Shown: positions 40,252 to 50,542 of the stretch, piece by piece | Position numbering within the stretch: the first letter of the stretch is position 1 | How the letters are laid out: each line of letters opens with the position of its first letter | Source: Bradymonadia bacterium | Lineage (GTDB): Bacteria; Myxococcota_A; Bradymonadia; UBA7976; UBA1532 | Reading direction: 5' to 3' | Assembly: GCA_046290225.1 (NCBI GenBank) | Contig: JBKAGE010000071.1 | Location: 96,001 to 160,000 of the forward strand | Length of the DNA: 64,000 nucleotides | Notes under the pieces: generated by a model | Database searches by the model: none | The model's input: only the letters and a program-made list of their open reading frames with translations | What the model was told of the DNA's origin: nothing | Position numbers and translations under genes: made by a program

Positions 40252-40929
40252 TCACACCGTGATGAAGTCGACGTACTCACCGTGGGTGAGGCAGTGGGCG
40301 TGCACCCGCACTGTGTCGCCGGGCTTCACGTCTTTGGGCAGGGCCGCGAGGTAGATGGTGTTGCGACCACCCTCGGCGCTGACGTCGGTGCCGCCGAAGG
40401 CCACGTACTTGCCATTGTCACCCTCGCCGATGGCCGGCCAGTCGCTGTAGCTGCTCTGAAGCTCTTCGGCCTCACCGACGACAGCCTTGCGGATCTTGAT
40501 CCAGTTGTACCAGTGCCCCGTGGGGTTCTTGTCGCTCTTGGAAGCGTTGGGGTGCTTGGCATAGCCCTTTTCAGGATCACCCCACATGATGGCCACGTAA
40601 CCCTCGGGCACCATGCCAGCTTCGAGCTTGGGTACGTAGGGCAGGTGCTTGCCGAGGTGCTTCTTGTCGCCATCGGCGCCATTGATGCTGGGCCAGTAGC
40701 TCTTGGGGATCGCCCCGGCGTTGCCTCGGGTCTTGTTGTACATGATGGGATCCCAGCCCTCAGGCTTCACCGGAGGCACGGCAGCACCGGCAGCCTTGCC
40801 CGCCATATCAGCGGCGTCTCCCATGGCTTTCTCGGCGGCACCGCCGCAGCCCGTCACGGCAGGCAGCAACACCAGCCCCCCGGTGCCGATGGCGAGTCTC
40901 TTGGCGAAGGTACGGCGATCCATGGTCAT
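40252..40929 (-). CDS. Tat-exported superoxide reductase/desulfoferrodoxin-like lipoprotein
   Basis: MDRRTFAK twin-arginine motif plus VTGC lipobox; KHLP, KHPN, GHWYNWI and HCLTHG match the SOR His4-Cys ligand order. Confidence 0.75.
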   Translation of the reverse strand: MTMDRRTFAKRLAIGTGGLVLLPAVTGCGGAAEKAMGDAADMAGKAAGAAVPPVKPEGWDPIMYNKTRGNAGAIPKSYWPSINGADGDKKHLGKHLPYVPKLEAGMVPEGYVAIMWGDPEKGYAKHPNASKSDKNPTGHWYNWIKIRKAVVGEAEELQSSYSDWPAIGEGDNGKYVAFGGTDVSAEGGRNTIYLAALPKDVKPGDTVRVHAHCLTHGEYVDFITV

Positions 40930-41125
40930 GAATGTCTCCAGAGTCTGTGGGCGCATGGACGCTAACCCGCAGGGGGGTGCGTCGCAAGTTACGGTCGGTG
41001 AGATGAGTGGGTGAGCTTGAAGGTTGTGTGTGAGCTGGTCTTTGACGCGTGATGGGCCAGCTCGCTGCTTGACACGGCGTCGACAGGGACGATACCCCCA
41101 TCCCCTCGATCTCCGAGGTGTCGTC

Positions 41126-42145
41126 ATGCGTCAACTACGCCCGATTGTGCTCGTGTCCAGCCTCCTCTCAGGGTGCGGCACGTCTTCAGAAGAGGCGACG
41201 GCGCCATGTGTCTCCGAGACCTGGCCGGCGGGTGCCTGCGAGGCGCCGTGGCTCCCTCAGGTCGACGCACTGCATGTGGGCGCCGAGTGGGTGTTTCCCG
41301 CCCCCAACAACGGTGTCGTCGAGGTCGCTGTGAGCGATGTGGTGACGGGGATGCCCGGAGCGTGGCAGGTCGCTGATCGGTTCATCATCGAAAGCGAGGG
41401 GCCTGTTGAGGTCTTCGCTCGGGTGGTGTCGGAGGACTGCACCCCTGTCCCGGTGAGCGCTGTGTACACCGGCGTGATGGCCTATGGCGCTGGTGCGGAG
41501 CAGCCAGACAGTGGCGCCCTGAGTCTCGACGAGCCGGCTTTCGTGGGTTGGGCTTCGACGGTGCACGCCGTGGAGTTCGGCGATGAAGTCGATGAACGGT
41601 TCAGAGAGAGCGATCTCGCCCTGGGCCCCGCCGAAGGGGCGGCCTTCGGTGTGGTCACCCTCGGGGAGGGTGGGCAGATCACCTTGGGCTTCGAGACCCC
41701 CATCGGGGATGGCGAGGGGCCCGACTTCGCCGTCTTCGAAAACGCGTTCAATGACGAGTTTCTCGAGCTGGCCTATGTGGAGATCTCCTCTGATGGTGAG
41801 CGCTTTGTCCGGTTCCCCTCTGCCTATCTGGGCCAGACCCCCTTGGGTCCGTATGACCAGCAACCGCCAGAGGGCATCCAGGGCCTCGCCGGCAAACATC
41901 GAGCAGGCTTTGGCACCCCCTTCGATTTGAGCGTGTTGCGCTGGCACCCTCAGGTTGTGAGTGGTGTTGTCGATCTCCGAGCCGTCGCGTATGTGCGCTT
42001 GGTGGATGTGGTCGGTGACGGTGAGCACCGCGACAGTTTCGGTCAGCCCATTTACGACCCGTACCCCAACATGGGCAGCGCGGGCTTCGACCTCGACGCA
42101 GTGGGCGTGCTCAACGCCACCTCGGTGGGGGAGTGTGCCCCATAG
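41126..42145 (+). CDS. Cell-surface lipoprotein (GPDFAVFEN family)
   Basis: Lipobox [46 protein letters not shown]. Confidence 0.8.
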   Translation: MRQLRPIVLVSSLLSGCGTSSEEATAPCVSETWPAGACEAPWLPQVDALHVGAEWVFPAPNNGVVEVAVSDVVTGMPGAWQVADRFIIESEGPVEVFARVVSEDCTPVPVSAVYTGVMAYGAGAEQPDSGALSLDEPAFVGWASTVHAVEFGDEVDERFRESDLALGPAEGAAFGVVTLGEGGQITLGFETPIGDGEGPDFAVFENAFNDEFLELAYVEISSDGERFVRFPSAYLGQTPLGPYDQQPPEGIQGLAGKHRAGFGTPFDLSVLRWHPQVVSGVVDLRAVAYVRLVDVVGDGEHRDSFGQPIYDPYPNMGSAGFDLDAVGVLNATSVGECAP

Positions 42146-42237
42146 CGCGATGAGCGCCTGAGTATCTGCGGATTTGCCCGCTCTTCGACGCATCTCTCTC
42201 GAACCCCGGACCCTCCGGCCGCCTTCGAGGAGTCGAG

Positions 42238-45200
42238 ATGCGCGTGTTGTCTGTACCCTGCACCAGGGTGTTGAGCCTTGCCTGGACCTTGAGCCTGTTG
42301 CCGGCGATGACGTCAGCGCAGACAGGGGCCAGCGATGATCGCGTGAGCCTGCCTGAGGGCCCTGGGTCGTTCGAAGGTGTCGGCGACAATGCAGTCGCCG
42401 TGGGCAACACCGGGGCCATGACCTACAACATCGACGTGGAGGTTTCTCCAGGACACCCCGGAGCCACTCCGGATCTGGCCTTGAGCTACAACACCAGTGG
42501 TGGCAACGGGATCATGGGCATGGGGTGGCACTTCGGCATGCCTGCCGTCGAGCGGATGTCGAACCGCGGTCTGCCGGAGTACACCGAAGACGACACCATG
42601 GTGTTCGGATCCACAGAGCTGGTTCGCATCAGCGATGGTGAGCCTGCGGAGTATCGCGCGCGATATGAGGGCAGCTTTGCGCGCTATTTCTGGCACGACC
42701 GTGCTCAGGGGAGCGGCCATTGGCAGGTGCACCAGCCCGACGGCACCGTGCAGTGGTTCGGCGCCGAGGCCGACGGCCGCGTGGTGAGCAACGCCGTGCT
42801 CGAAGGGGCCGACGGCGTGTTCCGGTGGCACCTCGTAGAGCAGCGGGACAAGTTCGAACACCCCATGCGCTTGTTCTACGTGACCCTCGACGGTCGACCC
42901 TACCTCGACGAGATCGAATACATCTACGACGACAACGGTGATGAGCACGGCCGGGTCCAGTTCGGCTACGAAGTCCGGCCCGATCCGGTCTCCGATGCGC
43001 GGAGCGGCTTCAACGAGATCATGAGCCGACGGCTCTCCACCATCGAGACCTACTTCGACGGCACCCGCGTGCGGCGGTACGTGCTCGACTACGAAGATGC
43101 AGAGTTGTCTGGGGGTCTGAGCCGGCTCGCCAGCGTGCAGATGTTGGGGCTCGACGAGCAGCCCTTCAGCTCGAGCACCGGTTTTACCTACAGCGGAGGC
43201 ATCGGCACCGGGGAGCCCGCCCTCGTGGACATGGGCTTTGTGGGTGGCAGCCCCGTCACGGGCAACGCCACCCTCGTCGATCTCAACGGCGACGGCCTGC
43301 CAGACATGCTCGACACCACTCAGCCCGGGGCGCACCGTATCTACCTCAACACCCTTGGGGGCGATGGCAGCCACCAGTTCAGCGCCGCTCGGGAGAGCGA
43401 GCTGGGCATCCAGGCAGGGCACCAGCTGAGCAGCCCCTACACCCAGATCCTCGACATCAATGGCGACGGCAAGACCGACCTGCTCAACGCGCAGACCGGA
43501 GAGGCCCTGCTCAACGACGGCAGCGGTGACTGGGGAGAGCGCGTCGCTCTGTCCGCTGTTGGGTTGCCCGACTTTGGGGAAGACTTCGCTGGTGGTGGGG
43601 AGGAGCTCACCTACATTCGATTCTTCGACTACGACAATGATCGTCGGATCGATGTGATCCGGGCCACCGACGTCACCACGCAGATCTACGCCAACACCGC
43701 GGAGTCCTTTGATGTGGTACCCGACGTCGAAGCCATCGGCCGCGGCTTCGACACGAGCCGGCTCGAGCTTGCTGATCTCACCGGTGACGGGCTGCTTGAC
43801 GCTGTGGTGGTCGCCGCAGGCAGCCTCGAGTATCGCATCAACCTCGGCCGAGGGCGCTGGAGCGCCTGGCGCACCATCGAGTCGGTGCCCTACAGCGCCA
43901 ACGAGGTGGATGAAGTGCGCCTCGAAGACATCAACGGTGACAGCCTCGACGATCTCGTCATCGTACGATCAGGCCAGCTGCGCTACGCCCTCAACCGGGG
44001 CGACGACACCTTTGACGGGTGGGCCACCATCGAGCAGGCCGGGGGGCAGGCCCTGCCCGACGTCGTCGACAACACGACGGTCTTGTTCGCCGACATGAAC
44101 GCCTCGGGCAGCGACGACGTGGTCTACATCGGCGTGAACGGCTCGGTGCGCTACCTCGAGCTGTTCCCCCTGAGGCCCAACCTGCTCACCGCCGTCGAAG
44201 ACAGCCACGGGGTGCGCCAGGACATCAGCTACACCACCGCCGCAGAGCACCGCGCCGCCGACGACGAGGCGTGGCAGCTCACCGCGCCGTTCCCCATGCT
44301 CATGGTCACCGAGGTGCAGACCGGCGACACCCTCACCGACGTTGTGGAGCGCACCCGCTACCGCTACCGCGACGCGTTCTACGACGACGTCGAGAAGCAG
44401 TACCGCGGCTTCGCCCACATGGAGACATGGGACGACGGCGACGCCTGGCAGGTGGGCATGATCACCATCGACACCTACAACGTGGGTCAGAGCGATCGGT
44501 ACCTCAACGGGTTGATGAGCCGCCGGGCGAGGTACAGCCAGGAGGCCCCCGACGATCTGATCCGGTCCACCGAGTACACCTACGACGACTGCATGCTCAC
44601 CGGGGTGCCCGAGACCACGCCGGCGATCCGCTATGTCTGCCCCCGCACCGAGATCACCACCATCGCCGAGGGCGGCCCGGGGGCCGAGGCGGTCACCACC
44701 CGCATTACCTACGAGCACGACGGCTACGGCAACATCACCCTCGTGGCCAACGAGGGGGTGACCGACGTCGAGGGCGATGAGCGCTACCAAGAGACCGACT
44801 ACATCGATCCCGAGAGCCTGTCGGTGTGGCTGCCCCACCTGCCCTCGGCGGCGCGGGTCTATGGCGATCTCGGCGGCGAGTACACCGAGCAACGCACTTA
44901 CTACGACGGCGACGCCTTTGTGGGGCTGCCTCTCGGCGAGGCCACCCTCGGCCTGGCCACCCGCAGCGAGGCCCGGATCGAAGGCGACACCTACGTCGAT
45001 ATGGCCCGGCAGCGATTCGACGCCCACGGCAACATCGTCGAGCGCCTCGACGTGCGGGCCCCGGGAGACGAGGCGGGGTATCGCGGGCGCATCGTCTTCG
45101 ACGATCTCGGGCTGCAGGTGCTCGCCGAAGAGCGCGAGAACCTCACCCCCGAGGGCCAGGCCTACACCCTGCGCCGCGATTTCGCCTACCACCCCGTGTT

Positions 45201-48200
45201 CCGCTCGGTGAGCGAGAGCAGCGACGTCTACATCGTCGGGGTGAACGAAGGCGAGGTGGGCAGCGCCCGGTACACCTACGACGCCTTGGGCCGCGTGGTG
45301 GCCATTCACCAGCCCGGCGATGGCGAAGAGACCCCCATCAGCACCTTTGAGTATCAGTTCGACGGGGCCCTCTCCCGCATCGTCAGCCGTCACCGGACCA
45401 CTCAGAACGCCGCAGAGCCCGATCAGGTGCACGTGGAGTGCTTCGACGCCGCAGGGCGTATGTTCCAGCGGCGCATGCGCATCGACGCGACGCGCTGGCG
45501 GGTGGAGCAGGCGGTGGTGTTCAACAGCAGAGGATCGATCAGCCATGAGCACCTGATCTACGTGAGCGAAGAGGCAGACTGCGAGATCACGCCCCCTGCA
45601 GATGCCCTGGCCTACGAGAACCACTACGACGCCCTCGGCCGCCCCGTACGCACGGTGATCCCCGATGGCGAGACTCAGGGCACCGCCTCGTTCCGCCGCA
45701 TTGTGTACGGCCCCCTCACCGAGACCCAGTACGACGGTGAGGACACTGACGAAGGCAGCCCTTACTTCGACACCCCCTCGACGTACGCGAAAGATGGTCT
45801 CGGCCGCATGATCTCGGTGACCTACCGCCTCACCGAGGGCGATCCGCTGGTGACCCGGTACACCTATGACCCCCTGGGCTGGATCGACTCGGTTACTGAT
45901 CCCGAGGGCAACACCCGCGTGCAATCCCACAACTTGCTGGGACAAATCGTGTGGGTGGAAGACGCCGATCGCGGCCGCACCACCTTCGAGTACGACGACG
46001 CGGGCAACCCCGTGCGCACCGAAGACGCTGCAGGCCGGGTGGTGCGCCAGAGCTACGATCTGCTCAACCGCCGCACGGCCCTGTGGGACGCCGCCGACGA
46101 GGCGGGCACCAAGGCCACGTTCCAGTACGACTTCACCGAAGGCTGCCCCGAGGGGCTGTGCACGTTCCCCAGCGAGCAGCTCGTGGGGGTGAACTACCTG
46201 GTGGACAACCACGAGGTGCAGGTGTGGTACGGCCGCGACGAGCGCCGCCGAGTGACCCGCACGCGCTGGCTCGTCGACGGCGTGCCCTTCGACGCCACCC
46301 TGGCCTACGATCACAAGAACCGCATCGTCGAGGAGCGCTACCCCGGCGACGTGGTGCTGGAGTACCAGTACGACGCCCTCGATCGCATCTCGGCGATCCC
46401 TGGCATCGTCGAGTCTGCCGAGTACAGCGACTTGGGCCGGCTGCAGCGGCGCACGTACGCCAACGGGGTCACCGAGGCCCTCGACTTCAACGGCGTGGGT
46501 CAGACCCTGCGACGGCGCCTCACCGACGCCGACGGCGAGGGCCTGCTCGACATGTCTTTCGGCTTCAACCGCGTGGGCGGCCTCGTCGAGGTCACCGACA
46601 TGATCGAGTCCGAGGGCCGCCCAGGCCGGGGGGTCCGGTACGGCTACGACGCCATCTACCGCCTGACCTCTGCTGCCCTCGATCCTGATCGCCCCGACTA
46701 CGCCGAGACGCTCAGCTACGCCTACAGCGCCAGCGGCCGCCTCGTGAACAAGTCGTCCTCTCGCGGCGCCGCCAGCGCGCTGCACGTGGGCGAGCTGGCC
46801 TACAGCAGCGGCACCCACCGCGTCACCCAGGCCGGCGATCTTGCCCTCACCTACGACGACGCTGGCATGATGACGCGCCGCGGCGAGACCCGGTACAGCT
46901 GGAACGCCCTGGGCCGCCTCACCGAAGCCACCCGGGCAGGGGAGGCCCTCGCCCTCTACGGCTACGACCCCTCAGGTGAGCGGGTGCTGCGCCACGAGGG
47001 GGCACACTTCGCGTGGTCCCTCACCCCGAGCTTCGAGATCGAAGACGGCATGCTGTTGGTGCACGTGACCATGAACGGCATGCGGGTGGCCACCGTGGAG
47101 CGCGACGCCCTCGCCGCCAAGGTGCTGCCCGACGCGGTGGAAGACGAGATCATCGACATCGCCGACGCTGTGGTGCACGACGCCCCGGTGGACACGGGGG
47201 CCGCCGAAGATCAGACCCGGCAAATGCTCTCGGCCAGCGTGCGGCGCATGCTGCTCGACGGCGAAGATCGCATCACGTGGCTGCACAACGATCAGACCCA
47301 CAACGCCGCGGTGATCACCGACGCCCGGGGCGCCGAGGTCGAGCAGCGCGCCTTCTCGCCCTTCGGTGGCGCTCGGCACTTCGACTCCGGCGCCGAGACC
47401 ACCTACGGCTTCGCAGGCAAAGAGACCGATCGGGGCACGGGCCTCACCTACTTCGGCAGCCGCTACTACGACAGTGTGCTGGGTCGCTGGAGCGCGGCAG
47501 ACCCCACCTTCGTGATCATCGAAGAGGAGAACACCGGCACGCCACTTCAGATGAACGACCCGTACAGCTTCAGCCAGAACAACCCCGTGAGCTTCCTCGA
47601 CGCCGACGGCAACCGCAGCTCGGCGGCGTGGGAGTTCATGATGGCCGGCATCGGAGCGGCCATCAACATCCTCACCGGCGGGGCCGGGAGCGTCGCCGGG
47701 GCCATCATCGGCGGCGCCGCGGGGCTCTACGGATCAGTGATGAAGCAGGTGATCCTCTACAAGGTGGGCGGCCTCAAACCGACACCCCTCAACGTGCTGT
47801 GGTCCGCGGGTACGGTGCTGTTCTCCACCGCGGCGGCGGCCCTCGCGGGCAGCTTCTTCGGCGTCAGCTGGGCCGGGATGGAGTGGATCAAGGCCGGGGC
47901 CCAGGTCGGCCTGGCCTACAAGGCGGCTCAGACATATGCCAACGGGGAGCCCACCGAAGCCACAACGAAGTGGGAGGTCGCCGGAGATCTCGTGGGCATG
48001 GCGAGCCCATCGTGGGGTCTGCTCACCACCCTGGTCCGGGCCATCGGGGTCGGGGGCTACGCCGCGGCCACGCTGGCGTGGCGCACCTACAACCATGCGA
48101 AGCGCTGGAGCGCGCGGAAAGCCCAGGAGAAGTGGGCGGCGATGCGCAAGAAATACCAGAAGTCGAAGGCGATGCCCGTGAGCCGCAGCCAGGCCCGCAA

Positions 48201-48450
48201 CAGCGTGACGCTCTCTCTGAGCCGGCAGGCGAACGCTGGCTCGGTGACCCGCCCCGACGTCGGCGCCGGCGTCCCCGGCGCCGGCAGCCCCCGTCGGATG
48301 AGCGACGCCGGCCTCAAGCAGTTCTCGAAGTGGAACCGTCAATCGAGTGTGGGTCGAGGAGACGTGGCCAAGCGCGCAGCGATGATGAGCGAGCTGAAGA
48401 CGGTGGTGGCCCAACGACAGGCGGGCTCACAGCGTCGCAACACGCGGTGA
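42238..48450 (+). CDS. SpvB/FG-GAP/TcdB-mid plus YD/Rhs repeat toxin-like protein (TcB-TcC-like fusion)
   Basis: Signal peptide; PDLALSYNTSGGNGIMGMGW (SpvB-like); DLNGDGLPD repeats; YRGFAH; YD repeats; Rhs core GFAGKETD..TGLTYFGSRYYD..GRW..ADP and NNPVSFLDADG. Confidence 0.93.
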   Translation: MRVLSVPCTRVLSLAWTLSLLPAMTSAQTGASDDRVSLPEGPGSFEGVGDNAVAVGNTGAMTYNIDVEVSPGHPGATPDLALSYNTSGGNGIMGMGWHFGMPAVERMSNRGLPEYTEDDTMVFGSTELVRISDGEPAEYRARYEGSFARYFWHDRAQGSGHWQVHQPDGTVQWFGAEADGRVVSNAVLEGADGVFRWHLVEQRDKFEHPMRLFYVTLDGRPYLDEIEYIYDDNGDEHGRVQFGYEVRPDPVSDARSGFNEIMSRRLSTIETYFDGTRVRRYVLDYEDAELSGGLSRLASVQMLGLDEQPFSSSTGFTYSGGIGTGEPALVDMGFVGGSPVTGNATLVDLNGDGLPDMLDTTQPGAHRIYLNTLGGDGSHQFSAARESELGIQAGHQLSSPYTQILDINGDGKTDLLNAQTGEALLNDGSGDWGERVALSAVGLPDFGEDFAGGGEELTYIRFFDYDNDRRIDVIRATDVTTQIYANTAESFDVVPDVEAIGRGFDTSRLELADLTGDGLLDAVVVAAGSLEYRINLGRGRWSAWRTIESVPYSANEVDEVRLEDINGDSLDDLVIVRSGQLRYALNRGDDTFDGWATIEQAGGQALPDVVDNTTVLFADMNASGSDDVVYIGVNGSVRYLELFPLRPNLLTAVEDSHGVRQDISYTTAAEHRAADDEAWQLTAPFPMLMVTEVQTGDTLTDVVERTRYRYRDAFYDDVEKQYRGFAHMETWDDGDAWQVGMITIDTYNVGQSDRYLNGLMSRRARYSQEAPDDLIRSTEYTYDDCMLTGVPETTPAIRYVCPRTEITTIAEGGPGAEAVTTRITYEHDGYGNITLVANEGVTDVEGDERYQETDYIDPESLSVWLPHLPSAARVYGDLGGEYTEQRTYYDGDAFVGLPLGEATLGLATRSEARIEGDTYVDMARQRFDAHGNIVERLDVRAPGDEAGYRGRIVFDDLGLQVLAEERENLTPEGQAYTLRRDFAYHPVFRSVSESSDVYIVGVNEGEVGSARYTYDALGRVVAIHQPGDGEETPISTFEYQFDGALSRIVSRHRTTQNAAEPDQVHVECFDAAGRMFQRRMRIDATRWRVEQAVVFNSRGSISHEHLIYVSEEADCEITPPADALAYENHYDALGRPVRTVIPDGETQGTASFRRIVYGPLTETQYDGEDTDEGSPYFDTPSTYAKDGLGRMISVTYRLTEGDPLVTRYTYDPLGWIDSVTDPEGNTRVQSHNLLGQIVWVEDADRGRTTFEYDDAGNPVRTEDAAGRVVRQSYDLLNRRTALWDAADEAGTKATFQYDFTEGCPEGLCTFPSEQLVGVNYLVDNHEVQVWYGRDERRRVTRTRWLVDGVPFDATLAYDHKNRIVEERYPGDVVLEYQYDALDRISAIPGIVESAEYSDLGRLQRRTYANGVTEALDFNGVGQTLRRRLTDADGEGLLDMSFGFNRVGGLVEVTDMIESEGRPGRGVRYGYDAIYRLTSAALDPDRPDYAETLSYAYSASGRLVNKSSSRGAASALHVGELAYSSGTHRVTQAGDLALTYDDAGMMTRRGETRYSWNALGRLTEATRAGEALALYGYDPSGERVLRHEGAHFAWSLTPSFEIEDGMLLVHVTMNGMRVATVERDALAAKVLPDAVEDEIIDIADAVVHDAPVDTGAAEDQTRQMLSASVRRMLLDGEDRITWLHNDQTHNAAVITDARGAEVEQRAFSPFGGARHFDSGAETTYGFAGKETDRGTGLTYFGSRYYDSVLGRWSAADPTFVIIEEENTGTPLQMNDPYSFSQNNPVSFLDADGNRSSAAWEFMMAGIGAAINILTGGAGSVAGAIIGGAAGLYGSVMKQVILYKVGGLKPTPLNVLWSAGTVLFSTAAAALAGSFFGVSWAGMEWIKAGAQVGLAYKAAQTYANGEPTEATTKWEVAGDLVGMASPSWGLLTTLVRAIGVGGYAAATLAWRTYNHAKRWSARKAQEKWAAMRKKYQKSKAMPVSRSQARNSVTLSLSRQANAGSVTRPDVGAGVPGAGSPRRMSDAGLKQFSKWNRQSSVGRGDVAKRAAMMSELKTVVAQRQAGSQRRNTR

Positions 48451-48469
48451 GCGCCGTGCCGAGGAGCGC

Positions 48470-50542
48470 TCAGCGGTACAGATCGCAGTACGCCGAGCTC
48501 GTGTTGGTGCATTCTGGCGGTACGCAGTGGCTGGGCCCGAAGGCCACATCACCGAGGCCGTCGCACTCATACCATTCCGGGAAGCCCTGAGCGGCGCAGT
48601 CGGTGTGTGTCTGACACTCCTGCTCGCAGACGTCGTCGTGGCTGCAGGAGAATCCGTTCTCTTCGCACTCACCAGGCATCAAGCCGGCGCAGGAGGCGTT
48701 GAAGTCCACGCACTCGCCGTGTGAGAACTCCAGCGAGGTCTGGTTGAAGACACAGCCTACAGTGCCATCTGCAGAGGCATCGATGGCGTCACAGTTGTCG
48801 AGGCAGAACCAGGGCATCTCTTCGAGTCGCTCCCGGCTCGCTGGGGAGTTGGCGCTGGGCAGGCACTGACCGTGATCGCTGGGCCCCCATCCGTTCGACT
48901 CGAGGCCCCAGCAGGTGAGATCGGGCTCGATGCCCTGACACGCGGCGTCGTTGTCGCAGGGGCAGCCGATGTTCGACCCCTCGCCACAGACCTCGCAGCG
49001 GGGATACTCGGTGGGGCCGAAGTTGAAGGTGCCACACACAGTGTTCTCGCCCACACAGTATTGCCCCTCGCCGTAGAGCCCGTTGGCCAGGTGACTGCCC
49101 GAGCCGTCTGCATACCCACCATCAAAGGCAGCATCCGACATCGAGAAGACGTCGAGGTTGGCACAGGGGCAGCCAGGCGTACCGAAGAGGTTGGGGTCGT
49201 GGGGATCAGGGCAGGTGCCATCGTAGGGCGTCGGTGCTGGGGGCACAGGGACACCGTCGCGGGTGTCCTGATAGGCATCGAGCAATACACCACACGGGGA
49301 CTTCTCCAGGGTGTGGGCCGAGTTCACCACCATCGAGGCCTCGACCCCACCGGGGAAGCGCATCACACACGAGGCCACCTCGCGGTTCAGGCCGCCGTAG
49401 ATGAGGCCCCCGTGCCAGAACTTGTTCACCCGCCGCTCGGAGTTGGGGTTGTTCGAGCCCGGAGACCACCCGAACTTGCCCTGGTTCATCTCCTGGCGCA
49501 TCGCGGGGCTGAAGAAAGCGTCGTCGTGCTGGATGTGGGCCATGAGGCTGGCGAGCTCCATCGAGGAGAGGTGCCAGCCGCCGTGGGCGCCGCAGCTGGT
49601 GGTGAAGACCGACTCGGCTCCGGCGGTGTCGAGGTTCTCGATGTCGTAGAACAGCGCCCCTGGGTAGCTGGGCATCGACTGACAGGCCACGGGGCTCAGC
49701 TCCGCAGGGGTGAAGACATAGTGATGGGCCAGCACCGCGAAGAGCATGGTGTGGTTGGCCTCGGTGACCTGAACACCCTGGATGGGGCTCGAGGGCATCG
49801 TGGACCAGATGCGGGGGCCGAGGATCCGCATCAGGGCATAGTTGGCGTTCTTGTAGCTCGCGCCGCTCCCCGGGCTGATGGCGAAGTCGGCGAGGCTCTC
49901 GCTGCCGTCACCGGCGGTGGCCATGTAGCGCAGGCCGTCCCACCCGTTGCCGAAGGGTTCGAGCTGGTCCTCGTCGAGATCCCCCAGCATCTGGTTGATG
50001 CCCGAGCGGTGAGACAAGAGGTGGGCGAAGGTCAGATCACCCCAACCAGGGGCGAGATCCCACGAGGGCGGCATCCACGGCGCCACGAGGCTGTCGGTGC
50101 TGATGCCCTTCTCGTCGAGCAGCTTCATCATGGCCACGGCGGTGAAGTGCTTGCTGACGCTGGCGACCTGCACGCGATGCTCTTCGGTCCAGTTCTCTTC
50201 GCCATCCTGGGCCAGCCGGGCCTTGCCCCAGTTTCGAGTGCGGGCAGGGTGGCCGTTTTCGTTGACCACGAGAGAGTAGCCCACGACATGGCCTCGCATA
50301 TCAGCGTGTACGTGACCCACGAGATCGTCGAGGTTGATGGGGTCGAGGGCAGGTGCTTCGAGATCGAAGCCGATGTCATTGGGTGGCGTCGTCACCACTG
50401 CGGTGAAGGTCTTGGTGGCTGTCCGCGTGGGGGCTTTCTTGATGGTGCTGTAGCGGCTCTTGGTGCGGGCGTCAGCGTCGTCGCTGGTGCCGGCGAGGGC
50501 CATGGAAGACAGAACTGCGGTGAGGATGAGGGGATGTTTCAT
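48470..50542 (-). CDS. Secreted serine hydrolase (beta-lactamase class C-like) with Cys-rich C-terminal domain
   Basis: Signal peptide; SVSK (SxxK), LLSHRSG, YKN (YxN), WHGG; Cys-rich tail. Confidence 0.88.
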   Translation of the reverse strand: MKHPLILTAVLSSMALAGTSDDADARTKSRYSTIKKAPTRTATKTFTAVVTTPPNDIGFDLEAPALDPINLDDLVGHVHADMRGHVVGYSLVVNENGHPARTRNWGKARLAQDGEENWTEEHRVQVASVSKHFTAVAMMKLLDEKGISTDSLVAPWMPPSWDLAPGWGDLTFAHLLSHRSGINQMLGDLDEDQLEPFGNGWDGLRYMATAGDGSESLADFAISPGSGASYKNANYALMRILGPRIWSTMPSSPIQGVQVTEANHTMLFAVLAHHYVFTPAELSPVACQSMPSYPGALFYDIENLDTAGAESVFTTSCGAHGGWHLSSMELASLMAHIQHDDAFFSPAMRQEMNQGKFGWSPGSNNPNSERRVNKFWHGGLIYGGLNREVASCVMRFPGGVEASMVVNSAHTLEKSPCGVLLDAYQDTRDGVPVPPAPTPYDGTCPDPHDPNLFGTPGCPCANLDVFSMSDAAFDGGYADGSGSHLANGLYGEGQYCVGENTVCGTFNFGPTEYPRCEVCGEGSNIGCPCDNDAACQGIEPDLTCWGLESNGWGPSDHGQCLPSANSPASRERLEEMPWFCLDNCDAIDASADGTVGCVFNQTSLEFSHGECVDFNASCAGLMPGECEENGFSCSHDDVCEQECQTHTDCAAQGFPEWYECDGLGDVAFGPSHCVPPECTNTSSAYCDLYR

